Positions 58,041 through 64,000 of a stretch of DNA of 64,000 nt are shown one piece after another. The notes beneath the pieces were generated by a model that did not search any database, had not been told where the DNA came from, and worked only from the letters and a program-made list of their open reading frames with translations. Numbering within the stretch: the first letter of the stretch is position 1; each line of letters begins with the position of its first letter. The stretch spans positions 1 to 64,000 of the forward strand of contig JBGSMV010000043.1 of NCBI GenBank assembly GCA_041739995.1, read 5' to 3'. A program made the position numbers and the translations under genes. This stretch comes from Bdellovibrionota bacterium (GTDB taxonomy: Bacteria > Bdellovibrionota_C > UBA2361 > JBGSMV01).

Positions 58041-61000
58041 ATGGTTGAGTCCCAAAAAATGCAAATGCCCACTTCTCTACGGCGCTGGTGCCCGCATCCT
58101 CCTATCGTGCTTTGTGCAGCGCTTGTCGTGGCGCTTTGTCCTGGCTTCGCTCGAGACTCGATTTTTCCACTCGTTCAGCACCTCTCTATCTCGCGTGCAT
58201 TTGCTCAAGACACCCCCGCAACCAGCGGCAGCTCAATGGCTGATTCGGTTGTTGACGAAGAAACGCTCGCCAAAGATTCCTCCACGGAAATCAATGTAAA
58301 AAACGCTGATCTTACTGCGATAATTCGCATATTTAGTAAGAAGACCCGCCGCAACTTCATCCTTGATGAGCGCGTAAAGGGAAAAGTCTCAATCTACCTT
58401 CCCGGCAAAGTATCTGCCGAAGAATCTCTCCGAATCCTCGACTCCGTGCTCATGTATAAAGGCTTCGCTTCAGTTCCGATCGGAGAGAATCTATGGAAAA
58501 TTGTCCCCGCCAAAGAAGCACGTACCAGCACTATCCCTACTCAACGAACGGCACCTGATGGAACCCCTGGGCCGGAGATCGTCACGCGGCTGGTAAAGCT
58601 CAAATTTGTTGGTGCTGACGACGTACGACAACTTCTCCAGCAGTTGGTTTCGAGCGACGGATTTATAAGTTCATATCCGTCGACCAACTCTCTCATCATG
58701 ATTGATTCGGCAGACAACATCGAGCGCTTAGTCGACATCATGGGCACGCTCGATGTCCCGTTCTCCAACCGCGAGATGACCATCATTCCCGTTCTGTATG
58801 CAGATGTTAAGGACATCTCTGAGAAGCTTTCCGACATCTTGGGTATTGGCGCTTCAGGCAGCTCAGATAGCGGCTCAGCGCCTGCACCTCTCGACTTCGG
58901 ACTTGAACTAGCCCGTGCTCGGGTGCGCCAAATCGCGTTGCAGGGCGCTGCTCAAGGAGGCCAAGCTTCAGGGCAGAACCTCGCCTCGGGCGATGGAGAC
59001 CTCGGTGCTACTTCTGGCAGTACCACACGAGCCATGGAGCCAAAGATTATTCCGGATGAGCGAACCAATAGCATTATTGTGGTGGCTGACGACGACACCA
59101 CCGCACGCGTTCAAGCGCTTATCTCTCAACTCGATAGTGAAGTTGATTTATCGGGCTCTCAGTTTTGGATTTACCGCTGCCAACATGCCAAGGCAGATGA
59201 ACTTGCTGAAGTTCTTGGTGGCCTAGTTGGTGGAGGTTCTTCCAATAATAGAACAGATTCAGGTGGCGGCCTCTTTGACACTTCTCAAGACCTGATTAGC
59301 GGAGGGACGCGAAGTGACAACCGAAATAGAACTAGAGATCGCCTTCAGAGTCAGAATCGCACGCCAGGTATGCCGCGAACTCCATTGAATCAGCGCAAAG
59401 CGGTGGGTTCCGTAGAGTTAGGGGAGGACATTTCGATAACGGCGGATCCTGCGACCAACACTCTAATCATACATGCAAGCAAAGCCGATTACGGAAAACT
59501 AAAAGAGCTATTGCAAAGTATCGACATCAAGAGACGTCAAGTGCTTGTCGAAGCGATGTTGCTCGAGGTCGGCATAGACGACACTCGTTCCTCCGACGTG
59601 AGCTGGATCGCTTCAGGCGGTGGTGCAGACGGTGGTATCGTCGCTTCAAACAATGCCGGGAATATTGGATCATTGCTGAGTAATCCCACCGGCGTGCAAG
59701 ATTTTGCCATTGCAGCAGCGAGCGCAGGAACCCTCACTATCGGAGGAGGAGATTCCGCCATCACATTGCCGACCCAATCGATTCTGCTCAACGCGGTACG
59801 ATCTAACTCAAATGTAAATATTCTTAGCGCCCCGACGATCCTCACTACGGACAACGAACAGGCTGAGATTGTGGTTGGTTCAAATGTTCCGTTCGTCACG
59901 AGCACCGCGACGGACAGCGACAACTTAAACAACACCTTCAATCAAATTGAACGCCAAGACGTTGGTATCACGCTTCGGCTCACTCCTCAGATAAGCTCAG
60001 GCGACAGTGTCACTCTGAAGCTTTTCACCGAAGTCTCAAGCATTCTGGCACTCGATCCACAATTTGGCCCCACCACATCTGTGAGAACCAGCGAGACTTC
60101 GGTTATTACCAAAGATGGGCAGATGATCGTGATTGGTGGCCTCATGTCAGATGACATTAACGAAGCGGAGCGCGGAGTACCTTTCCTCAAGGACATTCCC
60201 GTTCTTGGCTTTTTATTCAAGACGACAATAGAACGTAGGCGTCGTACCAACCTCTTGATACTTATCACCCCTCGTATCATTCGAGACCAGTATGATGCGC
60301 GCGACGCAACTATTCAGAATCGTGACCGCCTCGAATACGTAATAAAAACCGATGAAGTTGAACCAAATAGGGGTGGGGTATTGAGGAACCCAGACATTGA
60401 CCGCGTCTCTGAATCCAGCACGTACGAGGGGCCGCTTCCGTCAACAATCTCTGATCCTAAATCCAAGTCCCTTTCCAACAGTGCCCCTCAAGCTCCATCA
60501 GAATCGAACTCCACGCAGAGCTCAGATGCCACCAGCCTGGAGGACGATATTCCGGAGTTTGAGGTCGAACCACAGTTCATGGCGCCCGAAGGTTCAGAGG
60601 CGCAAGACTCTGCCGCCCTTGGCTTCGCCCAGAAGAGCCTCGCCCAACAAAATTCTCTGGACTCGAAAATCCATCGATCCGTCGCAAAGTCAGCTGAGCA
60701 GTCAGACATGCTAAGCCCACGCTTCATCGTCCTTCGAATTGAGCAACCTCGCGGCGGTGCCGCGCCCCTACCATTCCCTGTAAGCGAAACCTCCAAACTG
60801 GCCGCCATAGTCCTTCCAAAGGAGTATGATGCCTCCTCTGGTGGCTACTTCTCAGTCGGGCAATCTGGAACCTATGAAACTTCTTCTGGAAATGCATCGT
60901 TCACGGCAATAGGAGCCTTCTTTTCGCAATCTGATGCTCTCACCATGTTTCCCGACCTCAAGAATGAAACAGGCTCCGCAGCGAGTCCCTGGTACACACT

Positions 61001-61046
61001 TTCCCCGTATGAAATAATGTCTCTAGGCGATGGTCCTTGGCGCTAA
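58041..61046 (+). CDS. gspD: Type II secretion secretin with a long C-terminal extension
   Basis: N0 (NFILDERVKGKV); N domains (DERTNSIIV, DPATNTLII); secretin (QVLVEAMLLEV, VPFLKDIPVLGFLF, LITPRII). Start uncertain (58017-58065). Confidence 0.95.
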   Translation: MVESQKMQMPTSLRRWCPHPPIVLCAALVVALCPGFARDSIFPLVQHLSISRAFAQDTPATSGSSMADSVVDEETLAKDSSTEINVKNADLTAIIRIFSKKTRRNFILDERVKGKVSIYLPGKVSAEESLRILDSVLMYKGFASVPIGENLWKIVPAKEARTSTIPTQRTAPDGTPGPEIVTRLVKLKFVGADDVRQLLQQLVSSDGFISSYPSTNSLIMIDSADNIERLVDIMGTLDVPFSNREMTIIPVLYADVKDISEKLSDILGIGASGSSDSGSAPAPLDFGLELARARVRQIALQGAAQGGQASGQNLASGDGDLGATSGSTTRAMEPKIIPDERTNSIIVVADDDTTARVQALISQLDSEVDLSGSQFWIYRCQHAKADELAEVLGGLVGGGSSNNRTDSGGGLFDTSQDLISGGTRSDNRNRTRDRLQSQNRTPGMPRTPLNQRKAVGSVELGEDISITADPATNTLIIHASKADYGKLKELLQSIDIKRRQVLVEAMLLEVGIDDTRSSDVSWIASGGGADGGIVASNNAGNIGSLLSNPTGVQDFAIAAASAGTLTIGGGDSAITLPTQSILLNAVRSNSNVNILSAPTILTTDNEQAEIVVGSNVPFVTSTATDSDNLNNTFNQIERQDVGITLRLTPQISSGDSVTLKLFTEVSSILALDPQFGPTTSVRTSETSVITKDGQMIVIGGLMSDDINEAERGVPFLKDIPVLGFLFKTTIERRRRTNLLILITPRIIRDQYDARDATIQNRDRLEYVIKTDEVEPNRGGVLRNPDIDRVSESSTYEGPLPSTISDPKSKSLSNSAPQAPSESNSTQSSDATSLEDDIPEFEVEPQFMAPEGSEAQDSAALGFAQKSLAQQNSLDSKIHRSVAKSAEQSDMLSPRFIVLRIEQPRGGAAPLPFPVSETSKLAAIVLPKEYDASSGGYFSVGQSGTYETSSGNASFTAIGAFFSQSDALTMFPDLKNETGSAASPWYTLSPYEIMSLGDGPWR

Positions 61047-61180
61047 AGTGGCGATTTGCTCCAAGGGAGAGCCGTTCGATACCCTCTCGCTTGGTTGTCA
61101 GGTCTATCCTTTACATGCCTCCTAAGATCCACGAGCAAGCGAGTTTGTAATAAAATGGCCCAATCTTCGAAATAGTGCAG

Positions 61181-61226
61181 CAGTGTGACCTTCATGCAAC
61201 AGTGTGACCTTCGTGCAACAGTGTGA
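61181..61226 (+). repeat. 19-bp tandem repeat, about 2.4 copies, upstream of gspE
   Basis: cagtgtgaccttcatgcaa / cagtgtgaccttcgtgcaa / cagtgtga. Confidence 0.9.
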
Positions 61227-61241
61227 GCAACGAGCAGCGAT

Positions 61242-62939
61242 GTGACCAACGAAACCTTGAATAACCCGGACGCTCAGATCGAGATCACCAGCTCGTCAGC
61301 GCTTGGAGAGGAGATATCAGACGCGCCAGTTGTGGTCGCGTCCTCCGACGTTTCGCCTCGTCTTGTCGCCCAGCTTCTCGGACTCCCCTTTGTCGAGCGT
61401 CTGCCGGACCCCTCTCCGCCACGTACCATGATTCGCGGAGACTTTGACCGTATCGTCGGCTCGTGGGGACGCCAAGTGGCCACCATTCCTTTTTCAACAG
61501 ACGATGACTACGTGATAGTTGCTACGTCGGACCCGTACAATATCGAAGCTGTTGATCAGCTACGTCTCTGCTATGGGAAGCCCATTCGGGTGCTGGTAAC
61601 GACGTCCAGTGAGATTCAAAGAGCAATTAACGCCATTCGAACCAGTTTGATGAGTGACAGATCTTCTGCGCTTTCCTCTGAGGAAGACGAGTCAAAGTCG
61701 AATGAATTTGATGCTCCTCTGAAGGTCGATGTAACGGACGCAGAGGACGACGACGCCCCCATTATTCGCTACGTCAACGCGATTATTTTCAAGGCCAACT
61801 CAGAACGCGCTTCCGATGTGCATATTGAAGCCTATGAAGATCGCCTTAAGGTTCGTTTCAGAATTGACGGCGTTCTCGCTGAAATCGCGACCGAAGACAA
61901 AGCCTTTCAAGCCTCAATCATTTCTCGCGTAAAGGTTATGGCTGGACTGAACATCGCTGAGAAGCGCCTTCCGCAAGACGGACGTATCGGCCTCAAAATC
62001 GCTGGCAGAGACGTAGATATCCGTGTTTCCACAGTACCCACGCAGTTTGGTGAGCGTGTGGTAATGCGTCTCCTTGATAAAAGCGCCACAGTGCTCGATC
62101 TTGAGCAACTTGGCATCGAAGGCAAGAACAAAGAAACGGTCGAGCGCCTGATTCAGAAGCCCAACGGCATTGTTCTAGTAACTGGCCCCACTGGATCTGG
62201 AAAAACCACTACCCTCTACTCGTGTCTGGCACGCATCAACACTGCCGACCTAAATATCCTAACGGTCGAGGATCCGATCGAATATCAGCTCGACGGTATT
62301 GGCCAGATGCAGGTGAACCCGAAGATCAACTTTACTTTCGCCTCTGGGCTTCGTGCGATTCTACGTCAGGATCCGGACGTGGTGATGGTGGGAGAAATTC
62401 GTGACGCGGAAACCGCGGAAATTGCGATTCAAGCTTCGCTTACCGGTCATCTTGTTCTTTCTACCCTGCACACCAATGACGCTTCTGGCGCAGTAACTCG
62501 CTTGCTCGATATGGGGATAGAGCCATTCCTCGTGGCGTCCAGTCTTTTAGCGGTCATGGCACAACGCTTGGTGCGTCGTTTATGTCCCGCGTGTAAGGAG
62601 CCCTACGAGATTTCTGATGACGAGTTGCGTGAACTTGGGGTCAACCCTGCCTCGGTTTCGTCGAGACAGGTCTTTCGGGCGGGACAAAGCACGGGGCATG
62701 GAGACTGCACACGCTGTCATAACGTGCGCTATACCGGCCGTACCGGCATTCATGAAATGTTGATCATCGACGAGCAGGTACGCAGCCAGATTCTACAACG
62801 GGTGGACTCCGGTTCCATCAAAAGTGCTGCCATTCAACGTGGGTTCACTACCTTGAGAGTTGATGGTGCCCACAAGGTTCTTGCGGGAATAACTTCAGTG
62901 GAAGAAGTCCTTCTCGCGACTCACGAAGAAATGGGATAG
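61242..62939 (+). CDS. gspE: Type II secretion ATPase
   Basis: ASDVHIE, RLPQDGRI, GPTGSGKTT, LRQDPDVVMVGEIRD and TGHLVLSTLHTN motifs; between gspD and gspF. Confidence 0.96.
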   Translation: MTNETLNNPDAQIEITSSSALGEEISDAPVVVASSDVSPRLVAQLLGLPFVERLPDPSPPRTMIRGDFDRIVGSWGRQVATIPFSTDDDYVIVATSDPYNIEAVDQLRLCYGKPIRVLVTTSSEIQRAINAIRTSLMSDRSSALSSEEDESKSNEFDAPLKVDVTDAEDDDAPIIRYVNAIIFKANSERASDVHIEAYEDRLKVRFRIDGVLAEIATEDKAFQASIISRVKVMAGLNIAEKRLPQDGRIGLKIAGRDVDIRVSTVPTQFGERVVMRLLDKSATVLDLEQLGIEGKNKETVERLIQKPNGIVLVTGPTGSGKTTTLYSCLARINTADLNILTVEDPIEYQLDGIGQMQVNPKINFTFASGLRAILRQDPDVVMVGEIRDAETAEIAIQASLTGHLVLSTLHTNDASGAVTRLLDMGIEPFLVASSLLAVMAQRLVRRLCPACKEPYEISDDELRELGVNPASVSSRQVFRAGQSTGHGDCTRCHNVRYTGRTGIHEMLIIDEQVRSQILQRVDSGSIKSAAIQRGFTTLRVDGAHKVLAGITSVEEVLLATHEEMG

Positions 62940-62945
62940 CGCAAC

Positions 62946-64000
62946 ATGCCCGTCTTTGAATACACCGCGATCTCCTCCTCCGGCAAAACGTCCCGTGGCT
63001 CCGTTGATGCGGAGAACGTTCGTGTAGCGCGACAACGCCTGCGCCAACAAGGTGTTTTCCCCACAGAGATCAAGGAAGGGATGGCAGCAAGAAAGGCTGC
63101 CACCCGCGACGTCAGCAAGTACTTTCAATCAGATAGTATTTCTACTGGAGATCTTGCGATCGCCACCCGTCAACTCGCCACTCTCTCAGGCGCAGGACTC
63201 CCTCTCGTTTCGGCCCTCTCTGCTTTGGGAGACCAGACGGAGTCACAGGCACTTAAGAGAATCATCGTCGACGTGAAGGAGAAGGTAGAGGAAGGCACCT
63301 CGCTCGCTAAGGCCATGGGCGGATTTCCAAAATCTTTTCCAAAACTGTACGTCAATATGGTAGCCTCGGGCGAAGCCTCAGGCACGCTGGATGCGGTGCT
63401 CACGAATCTTGCCGACTATCTCGAAGCGCAACTCGAACTGAAACGAAAAGTCACCGCAGCGCTCACCTATCCGATCCTCATGTTGGTGATATGCAGCCTG
63501 GTGGTGGTGGTGCTGCTCGTATGGGTTGTTCCGAAGATCGTGGATATTTTCATCAAGCAGAAGATCGCTCTCCCGCTCCCCACCCGCATTATGCTGGGGA
63601 TTTCGAACGGAATAATTGACTATTGGTTTGTACTCATTGCCCTTGGCGCGCTGCTGGCCTGGTTGATGCGCTGGTACTACGCCCAACCACATGGGCGAGA
63701 ACGCATAGATCGTCTAATTCTACGCGTGCCAATTTATGGACCTGTGTTCTTAAAGGTGAACACCGCGCGCGTTATGCGCACCCTTGGAACGCTTCTTGAA
63801 AGTGGCGTTGGATTGCTCGCCGCCCTCGATATAACAAAAAATCTCGTCAATAACGTTCACCTTGTACGCGCCATCGAGGATGCACGCGAGGGCGTTCAAG
63901 AAGGCCGCTCCCTGGCTCGCGAACTATCGAAAAGCGGGCTGTTCCCTCCCATGGTGGGGCACATGATCGCGGTGGGAGAAAAGAGCGGCGAGCTAGAAGG
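62946..64000 (+). CDS. gspF: Type II secretion inner-membrane platform protein, 3'-truncated by the window edge
   Basis: Not in the ORF track. Manual translation gives MPVFEYTA...TRQLATLSGAGLPL...YVNMVASGEASGTLD...ALTYP. Confidence 0.95.
   Translation, partial: MPVFEYTAISSSGKTSRGSVDAENVRVARQRLRQQGVFPTEIKEGMAARKAATRDVSKYFQSDSISTGDLAIATRQLATLSGAGLPLVSALSALGDQTESQALKRIIVDVKEKVEEGTSLAKAMGGFPKSFPKLYVNMVASGEASGTLDAVLTNLADYLEAQLELKRKVTAALTYPILMLVICSLVVVVLLVWVVPKIVDIFIKQKIALPLPTRIMLGISNGIIDYWFVLIALGALLAWLMRWYYAQPHGRERIDRLILRVPIYGPVFLKVNTARVMRTLGTLLESGVGLLAALDITKNLVNNVHLVRAIEDAREGVQEGRSLARELSKSGLFPPMVGHMIAVGEKSGELE

Noticed and set aside
61181..61226. Possible CRISPR repeat
   Set aside because: The 19-bp units are contiguous and too short, with no spacers.

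Overview
Chromosomal window from a diderm, LPS-making bacterium. The gene content and style suggest a delta-proteobacteria/Bdellovibrionota-like lineage, which is an inference. The core genes are map, rmuC, dsbD, the lipid A cluster msbA-DUF374-waaA-lpxK, rarA, pal, dxs, panC, a bamD-like gene and a type II secretion operon gspC-D-E-F that runs off the right edge. Accessory content is as follows. (i) The 3' end of a probable Y1/RAYT-like transposase at the left edge. (ii) A co-oriented cluster at 3.4-13.2 kb joining a PilB/GspE-type ATPase, a response regulator, a degenerate ABC-fold membrane protein, a GAF histidine kinase and three Tad-type minor pilins, one with a mucin-like Thr/Pro stalk and a 10-Cys tip. 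(iii) Secreted beta-propeller proteins and a membrane-anchored protein with a caspase-like His/Cys motif pair. (iv) The best candidate for an undescribed system, at 39.4-44.0 kb: a DUF6502-like gene with an HTH-like segment, surrounded by small secreted proteins and a Flp pilin. The intergenic DNA there carries a perfect 29-bp palindrome and up to four degenerate copies of the same ACTGG-N9-CCAGT motif. A consensus sigma-54 promoter precedes a secreted protein with a symmetric six-Cys motif. No rRNA, tRNA or CRISPR array was seen. All family calls come from reading motifs by eye, not from database searches.
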